Origin: Nitrospinales bacterium | Lineage (GTDB): Bacteria; Nitrospinota; Nitrospinia; Nitrospinales; VA-1 | Assembly (NCBI GenBank): GCA_965223795.1 | Contig: CBDCXL010000001.1 | Coordinates: 224,001 to 288,000 of the forward strand | Direction: 5' to 3' | Length of the DNA: 64,000 nucleotides | Shown: one piece after another, positions 10,976 through 20,841 of the stretch | How the letters are laid out: each line of letters opens with the position of its first letter | How positions within the stretch are numbered: the stretch's first letter is position 1 | The notes under the pieces: model-generated | Databases searched by the model: none | What the model saw: the letters and a program-made list of their open reading frames with translations, nothing else | What the model was told of the DNA's origin: nothing | Program-made: the position numbers and the translations under genes

Positions 10976-11152
10976 TTAATAAGAAACGTTTTCCCAGAAT
11001 TCCTTGTACTCCTCCTTGCCGAGCCGGGCTTTGCAGTCCTCCTTTTCCATTTCCAGTTTTTCGATCAGCTTTCCCTGTATTTCGATGACCTGCTCTTTGG
11101 CGCGCAGTTCCTCTTTGAGCTTCCAGATGACGCTGGCGAGTCCGGTGTTCAT
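10976..11152 (-). CDS. Small coiled-coil hypothetical protein (58 aa)
   Basis: ATG at 11152 is preceded by the RBS AGGGGAG. Heptad-like charged sequence KLKEELRAKEQVIEIQGKLIEKLE. Confidence 0.6.
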   Translation of the reverse strand: MNTGLASVIWKLKEELRAKEQVIEIQGKLIEKLEMEKEDCKARLGKEEYKEFWENVSY

Positions 11153-11414
11153 GTCTTGTTCTCCCCTGTGAGTGATGTTTCCTTCATTCATTTGGCTCAG
11201 CATAATGCCTCCTTGTTTGATTCGGGTCAGGCTTTGGACAGGAGATGGTTTTTTCGGATTGAGAAAGGGATCGCAGGCCGTTTCCATCCTCCGAAACGCT
11301 TTTATTTCTTTGTTGCGTATGCTGTTTGCCGGTTGAGATAATGCTTGTAAACCGTTGTCTTCCGGCGGGCCGGGCCGGGGCGGCGATCCAGAATTCACAA
11401 TCCAGGGTGCCCGT

Positions 11415-12098
11415 TTGATCGACGTCATCAACCTCTCGAAAACCTACCGCCTCGGCAATGAGGACGTGCATGCGCTGGTGAACGCCACGTTCAGCTTTGC
11501 GCCGGGCGAGTTCGCGGCGATCATGGGACCTTCGGGCAGCGGCAAGTCCACGCTGATGAACCTGCTGGGCTGTCTCGACCTGCCCTCTTCCGGGACGTAC
11601 CGTCTGGGGGATTACGATATCCAGACGCTCAGCTCCAACGAGCTGGCCGAGGTGCGCAACCGCAGGATCGGGTTCGTGTTCCAGAGCTTCAACCTGCTGC
11701 CGAGGGCGTCGGCGCTGGAAAACATCGAGCTGCCGCTGCTCTACGGCCGGGTTGCGCGTGCGCGGGAGAAAGCGATGGCGGCCCTGGACCGGGTCGGCCT
11801 GGCGGAACGGGCGAAGCACAAGCCGGCGGAGCTTTCCGGCGGCGAGCGGCAGCGCGTGGCGATCGCGCGCGCCATCGTCAACGATCCCGCCATCGTGCTG
11901 GCGGACGAACCCACGGGCAACCTGGATACGACCACCGGTGAGGAGATCATGGCTATCTTCAACCGGCTCAACGCGGAAGGCGTGCTGATGGTTCTGGTGA
12001 CGCATGAGATGGAAGTCGCCCGGCACGCACGGCGCATCATCAATATGAGGGACGGGCAGATCGTGGCCGATTCGCTCAAAGAGGAGCTTGCGGTCTGA
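11415..12098 (+). CDS. ABC transporter ATP-binding protein (MacB/LolD type)
   Basis: Walker [10 protein letters not shown], signature [14 protein letters not shown], Walker [13 protein letters not shown]-loop VTHE. Start codon uncertain (TTG 11415). Confidence 0.92.
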   Translation: MIDVINLSKTYRLGNEDVHALVNATFSFAPGEFAAIMGPSGSGKSTLMNLLGCLDLPSSGTYRLGDYDIQTLSSNELAEVRNRRIGFVFQSFNLLPRASALENIELPLLYGRVARAREKAMAALDRVGLAERAKHKPAELSGGERQRVAIARAIVNDPAIVLADEPTGNLDTTTGEEIMAIFNRLNAEGVLMVLVTHEMEVARHARRIINMRDGQIVADSLKEELAV

Positions 12099-13306
12099 TG
12101 CTGATCTGGGACCTCATCCGCATGGCGCTGCGCTCGCTGGTGGCCAACAAGCTGCGCACGTTCCTGACGACGCTGGGCATCATCATCGGCGTGGCGTCGG
12201 TGATCTCGATGATCTCCATCGGCGAGGGGGCGCGGCAGTCGACGCTGAGCACGATTTCCAAGTTCGGCACCAACCTGATCTCCATACGGCCGGGGCACAA
12301 AAAGACGCGCCACGTTTCGTCCGATAGGGTGCTGACGCTGACCTATGCGGATTCCAGGGCGATCGAGCAGAGCGTGCCCCTCATCACGGGAGTCGCGCCG
12401 CAGGTGTACCAGTCGAAGCAGCTCAAGTTCGGCAACAAGAATTCCAACACCACGGTGCGCGGGACGGGCGAGGACTACGCGCGGCTGGCGAATTTCACCA
12501 TCGACCGCGGCCGCTATTTCAACGCCGACGAAGTGCAGACGGCGCGCCAGGTGGCGGTGCTCGGAGCGACGGTGGTGAAGAATCTGTTCGAAGACACGGA
12601 CCCGATCGGCAAATCGCTGAAAGTGGACGGCAAGAATTATCTCGTCATCGGCATGATGGAGGCGAAGGGGGCGCTCAGCTGGTTCGACCCGGACGATCAG
12701 ATCTTCATCCCGGTCACCACGGCGCAGAAGCGCCTGTTCGGCATGGATCACGTTCAGTCCATCGACGTGCAGGCGGCGCACATCGAGGATCTTGAGATCA
12801 TCAAGCAGGAGATCGAACTGCTGCTGCGTCTCCGGCACAACATTCGCGAGGGCGAGGACAGCGATTTTCACGTGCAGAATTCGTCCGAGTGGCTGAACAG
12901 CTGGGGCGAAGCGGCGAAAACCTTCACCTACCTGCTGGGCGGCATCGCGTTCATCTCGCTGATGGTCGGCGGCATCGGCATCATGAACATCATGCTGGTG
13001 TCCGTCACCGAACGGACGCGCGAGATCGGCATCCGCAAAGCCATCGGCGCCAAAAAGCGGGAAATCCTGGAGCAGTTTCTCATCGAGTCGGTGGTCATGA
13101 GTTTTCTGGGCGGCGGCATCGGCATCCTGCTCGGAATCTTCATCTCCAAGGGGGTGTCCTCCCTGGGCGGCTGGGACACGATCATCTCCATGCAGTCCAT
13201 CCTGCTGGCGTTCGGTTTTTCGGTGGGCGTGGGCGTGTTTTTCGGCTACTACCCCGCCAGCAAAGCGGCCAATCTCAACCCCATCGAAGCGCTGAGATAC
13301 GAATGA
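12098..13306 (+). CDS. ABC transporter permease (MacB/FtsX family)
   Basis: [61 protein letters not shown]. Confidence 0.93.
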   Translation: MLIWDLIRMALRSLVANKLRTFLTTLGIIIGVASVISMISIGEGARQSTLSTISKFGTNLISIRPGHKKTRHVSSDRVLTLTYADSRAIEQSVPLITGVAPQVYQSKQLKFGNKNSNTTVRGTGEDYARLANFTIDRGRYFNADEVQTARQVAVLGATVVKNLFEDTDPIGKSLKVDGKNYLVIGMMEAKGALSWFDPDDQIFIPVTTAQKRLFGMDHVQSIDVQAAHIEDLEIIKQEIELLLRLRHNIREGEDSDFHVQNSSEWLNSWGEAAKTFTYLLGGIAFISLMVGGIGIMNIMLVSVTERTREIGIRKAIGAKKREILEQFLIESVVMSFLGGGIGILLGIFISKGVSSLGGWDTIISMQSILLAFGFSVGVGVFFGYYPASKAANLNPIEALRYE

Positions 13307-13325
13307 ACACCTGTCCAGCGGGCTC

Positions 13326-14828
13326 TTGATCATGCAAATCCAACCCGACCGGCAGCGCTACGCCGAGTTGTGCCGGAAATCCAGCCGCGTGCCGGTCTGC
13401 CTGGAAATGCCGATGCAGACGTTCGATCCCGTGCGCCTGCACCGCGCGCTGTTCGGCGATTCGGCGGACTCGTTCATCTTCGACAGCGGCAAAGGGCCGG
13501 ATGCGACCGCCCGCTACACGATTCTGGGGATCTCCAACTCACGCGGCGTCCACATCCAGGACGGCGTGACGACGGTGATCCTGCCGGACGGAACGGATCG
13601 CATCGCCGGCGGCCCGGCGTCGGGCTGGAACCTGCTCGATTTCGACGTATCGGTTGCGGCGGTGGATTACCTGCCGCATTTCTGGGGCGGCTGGGTCGGT
13701 TATATTGGCTACGAGGTGGCGGAGTGGTTTGAAACGCTGCCGCCGCGCAAGCGCGACGACCTTAAGCTGCCGGACCTGCGCTTCATGCAGGTGGACGCCC
13801 TGTTCGTGTACGACCACAGCGAGCGTGTGTTGAAGATGATCGCCTCCGATGTGAACGACGGCACCGACGCCGATTACGACGCGCGCGTGCGGGAAGTTCA
13901 GGGCATGGCACAGCGGGTGCACCGGGCGTTCGCCCAGCACAACGGCCACAATAGTGTGCCGAAAAATGCAGCGCAGCCGGTCGGCACCACGGGCAACGGG
14001 CTGCGCGCCAACATGTCGCGCGAGGAATACATGCAGCGTGTTGAGAAAGCCAAGGCCTACATCCGCGACGGCGACATCTACCAGGCCAACATCGCGCAGC
14101 GGTTCGAGCTCGACACCCGCGACGGGCCGATGGAGCTGTTCTCCCGTCTGCGGCGCGTCAACCCCTCGCCCTTTTCGGGCTACCTCAAGTTCAAGGACTG
14201 GGCGATCGTGAGCTGTTCGCCGGAACGCCTTGTCAAGGTGGCGGGATCGAAGATCGAGACGCGCCCCATCGCGGGCACCCGTCCGCGCGGCGGCGACGCG
14301 GAGAAGGACGCGCATCTCTCTCGCGAGCTCATGCTCAATGAAAAGGAACGGGCCGAGCATCTGATGCTGGTCGACCTGGAACGCAACGACCTGGGGCGGC
14401 TGTGCGTCGAGGGCGGCGTGCGGGTGACGGACCTGATGTTTCTGGAACAGTATTCCCACGTGCACCACATCGTCTCCAACATCGAGGGCGACCTCAGATC
14501 CGGCGTGACCGTGCGCGACATCCTGCGCGCCGTGTTTCCGGGCGGCACGATCACCGGCTGTCCCAAGGTGCGCTGCATGGAAATCATCAACGAGCTGGAG
14601 CCGGACGCGCGCGGCCCCTACTCCGGATCGTTCGGCTACATCGGTTTCGCGCCGCACCTGGACCTCAACATCCTGATCCGCACGATCCTGCTCAAAAGCG
14701 GCAAGGCGTATTTTCACGCGGGCGCGGGCATCGTGGCGGACTCGCATCCGGAAAGGGAGTACCAGGAGACGCTGGACAAGGCCGCGGCGCTCATCGAGGT
14801 GTTGTCGGCGGGACGGGGGACCCCGTGA
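13326..14828 (+). CDS. pabB: Chorismate-binding enzyme, aminodeoxychorismate synthase component I (PabB/TrpE family)
   Basis: [62 protein letters not shown]. Adjacent to a class IV aminotransferase. Confidence 0.8.
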   Translation: MIMQIQPDRQRYAELCRKSSRVPVCLEMPMQTFDPVRLHRALFGDSADSFIFDSGKGPDATARYTILGISNSRGVHIQDGVTTVILPDGTDRIAGGPASGWNLLDFDVSVAAVDYLPHFWGGWVGYIGYEVAEWFETLPPRKRDDLKLPDLRFMQVDALFVYDHSERVLKMIASDVNDGTDADYDARVREVQGMAQRVHRAFAQHNGHNSVPKNAAQPVGTTGNGLRANMSREEYMQRVEKAKAYIRDGDIYQANIAQRFELDTRDGPMELFSRLRRVNPSPFSGYLKFKDWAIVSCSPERLVKVAGSKIETRPIAGTRPRGGDAEKDAHLSRELMLNEKERAEHLMLVDLERNDLGRLCVEGGVRVTDLMFLEQYSHVHHIVSNIEGDLRSGVTVRDILRAVFPGGTITGCPKVRCMEIINELEPDARGPYSGSFGYIGFAPHLDLNILIRTILLKSGKAYFHAGAGIVADSHPEREYQETLDKAAALIEVLSAGRGTP

Positions 14829-15703
14829 CGGGCGGCATCGTCCATGTGAACGGCCTGTTTCACCCCGAACGCTCCGCCCGGATCTCGGTGCTGGACCGGG
14901 GCTTTCTGTATGGCGACGGCCTGTTCGAAACGATGCGCGCCTACGGCGGCCGGGTGTTCTGTCTGGACGAACACCTTCATAGATTGCGCCGCTCGCTGGA
15001 GATGATCTTTCTCGAACTGCCGGTGACCGACAAAGAACTGGAATCCGCAGTTCTAACAACCGTCGGCATCAATGCATGCCCGGACACCATCGTGCGCCTG
15101 ATGGTCAGCCGCGGCGTGCAGGCGGCGGGGCCGGCGATCGACGACACCGCCGCGCCGACCTGGGTGGTGCTGACCCGGCCGCTGCCTCCCCTGCCGGAAA
15201 CGGCGTACACCGAGGGCGTGCGCATCGCCCTGTTTCCCAGAAGCGCGGTGCGGACCAGCGGCCTCGACGCCCAGGTGAAATCCTGCAACTACCTCTCGCA
15301 CATCGTCATCCGCGAACTGGCGGCGAGACGTAGCGCCGAGGAAGGGATCTTCATGGACCCGGGCGGACGCATCACGGAAGGCACGATGAGCAATCTCTTT
15401 CTCGTGAAGGAGGGGCGTCTCAAGACGCCGGCTCTGGACCCGCATGTGCTGCCCGGCATCACGCGTCAGGTGGTGCTGGAACTGGCGCGGGAGAGCGGCG
15501 TCCCCTGCGATGAAACCGGGCTGCTGGCGGACGACGTGTACCGCGCCGACGAGGTGTTTCTCACCAATTCCGCCATCGAAATCCTGCCGGTGCGTGCCGC
15601 CGACGGCAGGCCGATCGGCGAGGCCGTGCCCGGAGAGTTGACCCGTTCCCTATGCGGAAGGTTCCGCGAGCGCGTGCAGAGTCGTACGGGTTGCGGTGCA
15701 TAG
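14825..15703 (+). CDS. Class IV aminotransferase, likely 4-amino-4-deoxychorismate lyase
   Basis: DRGFLYGDGLFETMR, KSCNY (PLP lysine), TEGTMSNLF, LPGITR. GTG start overlaps the pabB stop. Confidence 0.85.
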   Translation: MTGGIVHVNGLFHPERSARISVLDRGFLYGDGLFETMRAYGGRVFCLDEHLHRLRRSLEMIFLELPVTDKELESAVLTTVGINACPDTIVRLMVSRGVQAAGPAIDDTAAPTWVVLTRPLPPLPETAYTEGVRIALFPRSAVRTSGLDAQVKSCNYLSHIVIRELAARRSAEEGIFMDPGGRITEGTMSNLFLVKEGRLKTPALDPHVLPGITRQVVLELARESGVPCDETGLLADDVYRADEVFLTNSAIEILPVRAADGRPIGEAVPGELTRSLCGRFRERVQSRTGCGA

Positions 15704-15774
15704 GCAAAAATGATAGTCTTTTCAACCGGTTCAACAGAAACCCTTACCCGAACACCTCATCGTATTGCGTGCAC

Positions 15775-16203
15775 ATGGATGCAAAAGACCGGTTTCATGA
15801 CAATCCCAGCGGTGTCATCACCGATTCCGTGAATCAGAAGGACTGGCTGCCCAAGGATTCCTACCAGGATCTGGGGCGCTGGTCGAACTGGCAGGACGCG
15901 CAGAGCTATGTTCTGCTGATGAAGCAGGTCTACGCGGGCGGACACGCCGACTGGCGGCTGCCGACGAAAGAGGAGGCGCTGAGCCTTTACGATCCTGAAT
16001 ACACGTCGCTGGACTGGGAATCCAACGACGTCCACATCTCCACGGTGTTCGTTCCCAAATGCTCGCATTACCTGTGGACGAGCGATGTGAATGAAAACGG
16101 CGAGGTGCTGCGGGTCGATCTGAGGGACGGGGACACCGAATACGTCGCAAAATCCAACAAGGAGAACCACGCCACGAGGCTGGTGCGCGACCGCAAACAT
16201 TGA
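15775..16203 (+). CDS. DUF1566 (Lcl C-terminal-like) domain protein
   Basis: ITDSVNQKDW, WQDAQSY, YAGGHADWRLPTKEEALSL, LWTSD, C-terminal RLVR. Confidence 0.75.
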   Translation: MDAKDRFHDNPSGVITDSVNQKDWLPKDSYQDLGRWSNWQDAQSYVLLMKQVYAGGHADWRLPTKEEALSLYDPEYTSLDWESNDVHISTVFVPKCSHYLWTSDVNENGEVLRVDLRDGDTEYVAKSNKENHATRLVRDRKH

Positions 16204-16224
16204 GTCGCGTCAGGCACCGGCGAC

Positions 16225-16611
16225 CTATGGAAAGGCCAGCCGCCAGAAAGCCGCGGAATCGAGAGTGCCGAGCGAGCGGCTGCGGTAGTCCTCCCCTTCC
16301 ATCACGACTTCCTCCACCCCCGCATCCCGGTGCGTGATCACCGCCACATCCGCGTGCTGTGTGTTTTCAAAACCCGCGAACAGCGTCGCTTTCTGCTTTG
16401 CGGGCAGGGACAGGGGCAGACGCCGGGCGGTTCGCCGCTGATTGCCGGGATCGTGGCAGTCGACGCAAAGCGCGTCCGCCGCGACCCAGCAATGAATGGT
16501 TTCATCCTCCGTTTTTCCGGGAACGAGTACGGTGTTGCCGACGCGCACCGCGTATTCGGGTGAGAATGTGCCGGGAAACCAGACTTTGCCTGTGTCGTCG
16601 ATCGTCTGCAT
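16225..16611 (-). CDS. Hypothetical protein
   Basis: ORF fills the gap between the DUF1566 gene and bioF, with protein-like composition. ATG at 16611; the start could be at 16641. Confidence 0.55.
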   Translation of the reverse strand: MQTIDDTGKVWFPGTFSPEYAVRVGNTVLVPGKTEDETIHCWVAADALCVDCHDPGNQRRTARRLPLSLPAKQKATLFAGFENTQHADVAVITHRDAGVEEVVMEGEDYRSRSLGTLDSAAFWRLAFP

Positions 16612-16676
16612 GACACGAATAATGAGGGGTGCCGTTTTCACTTTAAACCGGGGACGATAACACGTCCGATCCTGAA

Positions 16677-17822
16677 GTGTCGATGGATTCTTTGAACGAA
16701 CGGCTGCAAAAGGAACTGGAGCGGCTGCGGCGGGAAAACCTGGAACGCCGGGTGGTTCTGCGTCAGGGGGTGCGGCTCGACCTGTGTTCCAACGACTACC
16801 TGCGCCTGCGCACGCATCCGGATGTGCTGGCCGGGGCGCGGCGGGCGGCGGAACAGTACGGCGCGGGCAGCGGGGCCTCTCCCCTGCTAGCGGGTTTCAT
16901 GCCCTGCCATCAGGAGCTGCTGGACCGGCTGCGCCGCTGGAAGGGCAAGCCGCACGGGATGCTGTTCAACGCCGGGTTTCTCGCCAATCAGGCGGTCATC
17001 CACCACCTGCCGGGAAAAAACGACTGCGTCCTGGCGGACAAGCTGGTGCACCACTCGATCGTGCAGGCGCTGACGCGCGGACCGGCGCGCTTCAAGCGCT
17101 ACCGGCATCTGGATCTCAACCACCTGGAACTGCTGCTTGAAGACAACCGTGGCGGCCACGAAACCCTGTTCGTGGTGACGGAGAGCGTGTTCAGCATGGA
17201 CGGCGATCACCCGGATCTGAATCAACTCGCGGCGCTGAAAAAGAAATACGATTTCGTCTGGGTGCTGGACGAAGCGCACGGCACGGGCGTGTACGGGCCG
17301 ACCGGCGGCGGTCTCGCCGAAGAGGCGGGCGTGCTGGAGGACGTCGATATCCTGGTCGGCACGCTGGGAAAGGCGCTCGCCAGCATGGGGGCCTACGTGC
17401 TGAGTTCTTCACCGGCGGTGATCGATTACCTGACCAACCGCGCCGGTGAGTTCATCTACTCGACTTTTTTGTCTCCGGCGCAGGCGGGCGCGGCTATTGA
17501 AGCGCTCAACATCGTCCAGGTGGCCGGGAAAGAGCGTAAAGAGTTGCGGATGCTGTCCCGCTGGTTCCGTGAACGACTCAAAGCGAAAGGCTGGACCACG
17601 ATCGGCGGGGATTCGCCCATCGTGCCCGTCCTCGCAGGCGATTCAGCACGGGTGCTGAAGCTGCGCGACGCTTTGCTGGAGAAAGGCATTCTCGTGGGCG
17701 CGGTGCGTCCGCCCACGGTTCCGGCAGGCACGGCGCGGCTGCGCGTGTCGCTGCACGCGGACGTCACCCGCGAACAGCTTGAGGACGTGCTCGCCATCCT
17801 GGGAAACGGGGACACGCGGTGA
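16677..17822 (+). CDS. bioF: 8-amino-7-oxononanoate synthase
   Basis: SNDYLRL, GAGSGASPLL, TESVFSMDGD, LDEAHGTG, GTLGKALAS, VRPPTVPAGTARLRVSL. Confidence 0.95.
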   Translation: MSMDSLNERLQKELERLRRENLERRVVLRQGVRLDLCSNDYLRLRTHPDVLAGARRAAEQYGAGSGASPLLAGFMPCHQELLDRLRRWKGKPHGMLFNAGFLANQAVIHHLPGKNDCVLADKLVHHSIVQALTRGPARFKRYRHLDLNHLELLLEDNRGGHETLFVVTESVFSMDGDHPDLNQLAALKKKYDFVWVLDEAHGTGVYGPTGGGLAEEAGVLEDVDILVGTLGKALASMGAYVLSSSPAVIDYLTNRAGEFIYSTFLSPAQAGAAIEALNIVQVAGKERKELRMLSRWFRERLKAKGWTTIGGDSPIVPVLAGDSARVLKLRDALLEKGILVGAVRPPTVPAGTARLRVSLHADVTREQLEDVLAILGNGDTR

Positions 17823-18469
17823 ACATCGCGGCGGCCGCGGGCTGGGCGATCCCGTCCGAGTGGTTCGCCCGCATGATTCGCGAATCGTTTCCCGCCGCCA
17901 CGGTGAACGTGCTCGTCCCGAACGATCCCGCCGATGCCGCCGAAGCGCGAACGCTGTTGCAGTCGGTGCGGGCGGATCTTTACATCGGTTATTCGCTGGG
18001 AAGCCTGTGGCTTTTGACCCACCAGGCGTTTTTACCGGAAAACACAAAACGCGCGCTGCTCGCTCCCATCCTCGGATTCTGCCGGGAACAGGATAGGGGT
18101 GGCAAAACGCCTGAAACCAAACTAAAATACCTCATCAGGGTGCTGACGCGAAACCCGGAGGAGCGTTCCCCCCTGTTGGACTTTCACGCGGATTGCGGTC
18201 TTGCGTTCACCGGTTCCGATCTGGATTCCCTGCCGGACGCCGCCGTGCTGTTGAACGGCCTTGAGTTTTTACGGGCGGCGCAAGCGTCCGCGGACGACGC
18301 GGCGGGATTCACCGCTTTATTGGGCGATCGGGACCCGTTTCTCGACGCGGTCCGCCTGAAGCAACTCATTCCCGCACTGGAAATCCTTCCCGGCGCGGGG
18401 CATTCTCCCGCACCGCTGATCCGGCGGCTGGCGGAACGATTGCGCCACCCCGGTTGCCAGACTCCATGA
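17819..18469 (+). CDS. Alpha/beta hydrolase, putative pimeloyl-ACP methyl ester esterase (BioH-like)
   Basis: GYSLG nucleophile elbow, GDRDPF (Asp), GAGHSP (His), AGWA oxyanion-like motif. Overlaps bioF and lies near bioC. Confidence 0.7.
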   Translation: MNIAAAAGWAIPSEWFARMIRESFPAATVNVLVPNDPADAAEARTLLQSVRADLYIGYSLGSLWLLTHQAFLPENTKRALLAPILGFCREQDRGGKTPETKLKYLIRVLTRNPEERSPLLDFHADCGLAFTGSDLDSLPDAAVLLNGLEFLRAAQASADDAAGFTALLGDRDPFLDAVRLKQLIPALEILPGAGHSPAPLIRRLAERLRHPGCQTP

Positions 18470-18473
18470 CTCC

Positions 18474-20732
18474 ATGAAAATTTTCGGCATCGACTTCACC
18501 AGCGCACCCCGCCCCGGCAAACCGATCACCTGCGCCCACGCCGTGTTCAAAAAAGATTCCGGGCTGGTCGTGGAAACAATCGAAGCGCTGGAAGGGTTCG
18601 AGGATTTCGAGGCGTTCCTGAAGCGCAAAGGGGCCTGGTGGGCGGGCATGGACCTGCCTTTCGGACTGCCCGCGCCGTTCCTGCAGGCGGTCAAGCTCCC
18701 TGATGCGTGGCCGCGCTATGTGCGCGCGGTGGCGCGCATGGAAAAAGAGGGATTCGAAAAGAAGATCCGCCAGTATCAGAAAAAGCGCGCAAAGGGAGAC
18801 AAGGAACCGCTGCGGCTGACGGATGTTTGGGCCGAGGCGAAAAGCCCGCTCAAGCTGGTCCGTCCTCCAGTGGGCAAGATGTTTTTCGAAGCAGCGCCGA
18901 GGCTTCTCAAAGCGGGCGTCTCGGTGCCGCCCCTGCATGCGAACGCGGACCGGCGCATCGTCGTCGAGGCGTACCCGGCTCTCATCGCGCGCCGGTTTGC
19001 TGGAAAATACAAGAGCGACAACAATCGGGGCGGCGCCAGCGAGGAAAAGGAACGCAAGGCTATCATCAAGGGAATCCGCTCTGCCGCGCTGGCGGCCGAA
19101 TTCGGCTTTCCGGTCCGGGTGCCGCCGAAGATCGTGCGGGAATTGATCGCGGACGCTTCCGGGGACCGGCTCGACGCGGTGCTGTGCGCGGTGCAGGCGG
19201 CCTGGGCGTACGTCCACAAAAAGCCGGGCAACCGGCTTCCCGGTAACGGGCATCCTTTGATTCAAACGGAAGGCTGGATCGCCGATCCGCGGCTGCAGGC
19301 CGGCGTGCCGGTGTCTTTGCCACGCAAAGCGCGCAACGGCGCAGGTCGGACCGAAAAAAACGATGCGGGCAAATTCAACCTGATGAATCAGGTGCAGCGG
19401 CTTTCGGATATCGGACGGGCGCTGTCGGGCGAGCTGCATCTCAACTCGCTGCTCGATGTGATCCTCAAAGAGGCGCGCACGCTCACCGGCGCGGACGGCG
19501 GCACGCTGTACACGCTGGAAAAGAACGCGCTGCACTTCAAGATCGTGCAGAACGACACGCTCGGCATTCATATGGGCGGCCGGGACGGAGAAAAGATCCC
19601 CTTCCCTCCCGTCGAGCTGGACGAGTCCAACGTATCGGCTTACGTGGCGCTGCACGGCGTGCCGTTCCTCATTCCCGACGTGTACAAATTCGATCAGTTC
19701 GATTTCACGGGACCGCGGAAATTCGACGAGCGGGAAAACTACCGCACTCAGTCCATGCTGGTGGTGCCGCTGCGCGACCCGGAAAGCAAGGTGATCGGCG
19801 TGCTGCAGCTGTTGAACGCGCGCGATCCGAAAAACAGGGTCAAGGTGGTCCCCTTCTCGCCAGAGAGCCAGCGGCTGGTGGAGTCGCTGGCGTCGCAGGC
19901 GTCGGTGGCGATCCGCAACGCCAAGCTGGTGAGCGACCTGCAGGGCGCGAACTTCGAGCTGATCCACGCGCGCGACAAGGCGCTGGAAGCGAGCCGGGCC
20001 AAATCCAGCTTTCTCGCCAATATGAGCCACGAACTGAGAACGCCGATGAACGCCATCATCGGCTACAGCGAGATGCTGGCCGAGGACGCGCGCGATCAGG
20101 GGCTGGAAGAATTCGAATCGGACCTGGAAAAGATCAACACGGCGGGCAAGCACCTGCTGGCGCTGATCAACGACATCCTCGACCTGTCCAAGATCGAAGC
20201 GGGCAAGATGGAGATCAACCTGGAAGTGTTCAGCATTGCGGACCTGGTGCGGGAGGTGGTGGAAACGATCCAGCCGCTGGCGGAGAAAAACAACAACCAG
20301 CTGATCCTGCCTGAACTGGAAGCGCTGGGCAACATGAACGCGGACATCGTCCGGGTCAAGCAGATGCTGTTCAACCTGATGAGCAACGCCTGCAAGTTCA
20401 CCGAGAACGGCACGATCGAGCTGAAAATCCTGAGAGAGATGCAGGACGATGTGGAATGGATTCGTTTTCACATTTCCGATACCGGAATCGGCATCTCCCC
20501 GTTCGAGTTGAAAAAGCTGTTTTCCGATTTTTCCCAGATCGACCCCTCCAACGCGCGCAAATTCGGCGGCACCGGGCTGGGACTGGCGATCAGCCGCCGG
20601 TTCTGCCGCATGATGGGCGGCGACATCACGGTGCAGAGCAAGCTGGGCAAAGGCTCCACCTTCTCGATTCAGCTTCCGGCCACGGTCACGCGGCAGATCC
20701 ATCCCATGCGGCGCGCCACCGATTTCCGCTGA
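18474..20732 (+). CDS. DUF429-GAF-HisKA-HATPase fusion sensor histidine kinase
   Basis: N-terminus GIDFTS..GMDLPFGLP..VEAYP..DRLDAVLCA..EGWIADP (DUF429-like). GAF (NYRTQSMLVVPL..VIGVLQLLN). H-box FLANMSHELRTPMN, NLMSNACKFT, DTGIGI, GGTGLGL. Confidence 0.88.
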   Translation: MKIFGIDFTSAPRPGKPITCAHAVFKKDSGLVVETIEALEGFEDFEAFLKRKGAWWAGMDLPFGLPAPFLQAVKLPDAWPRYVRAVARMEKEGFEKKIRQYQKKRAKGDKEPLRLTDVWAEAKSPLKLVRPPVGKMFFEAAPRLLKAGVSVPPLHANADRRIVVEAYPALIARRFAGKYKSDNNRGGASEEKERKAIIKGIRSAALAAEFGFPVRVPPKIVRELIADASGDRLDAVLCAVQAAWAYVHKKPGNRLPGNGHPLIQTEGWIADPRLQAGVPVSLPRKARNGAGRTEKNDAGKFNLMNQVQRLSDIGRALSGELHLNSLLDVILKEARTLTGADGGTLYTLEKNALHFKIVQNDTLGIHMGGRDGEKIPFPPVELDESNVSAYVALHGVPFLIPDVYKFDQFDFTGPRKFDERENYRTQSMLVVPLRDPESKVIGVLQLLNARDPKNRVKVVPFSPESQRLVESLASQASVAIRNAKLVSDLQGANFELIHARDKALEASRAKSSFLANMSHELRTPMNAIIGYSEMLAEDARDQGLEEFESDLEKINTAGKHLLALINDILDLSKIEAGKMEINLEVFSIADLVREVVETIQPLAEKNNNQLILPELEALGNMNADIVRVKQMLFNLMSNACKFTENGTIELKILREMQDDVEWIRFHISDTGIGISPFELKKLFSDFSQIDPSNARKFGGTGLGLAISRRFCRMMGGDITVQSKLGKGSTFSIQLPATVTRQIHPMRRATDFR

Positions 20733-20841
20733 CGCTCCGGAAAGGCTGGGATTCCCGTTCAAACTCCGGTACAATCCGGGGAAAATGACTGATTCCAAAC
20801 GCGGGGCGGAACCGTCCCGGCCGTAACGAGAAAACGCGATC

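Noticed and set aside
13326..14828. trpE assignment
   Set aside because: The PIAGT motif is TrpE-like, but coupling to a PabC-like gene and the absence of trp genes favour pabB; this is not fully resolved.
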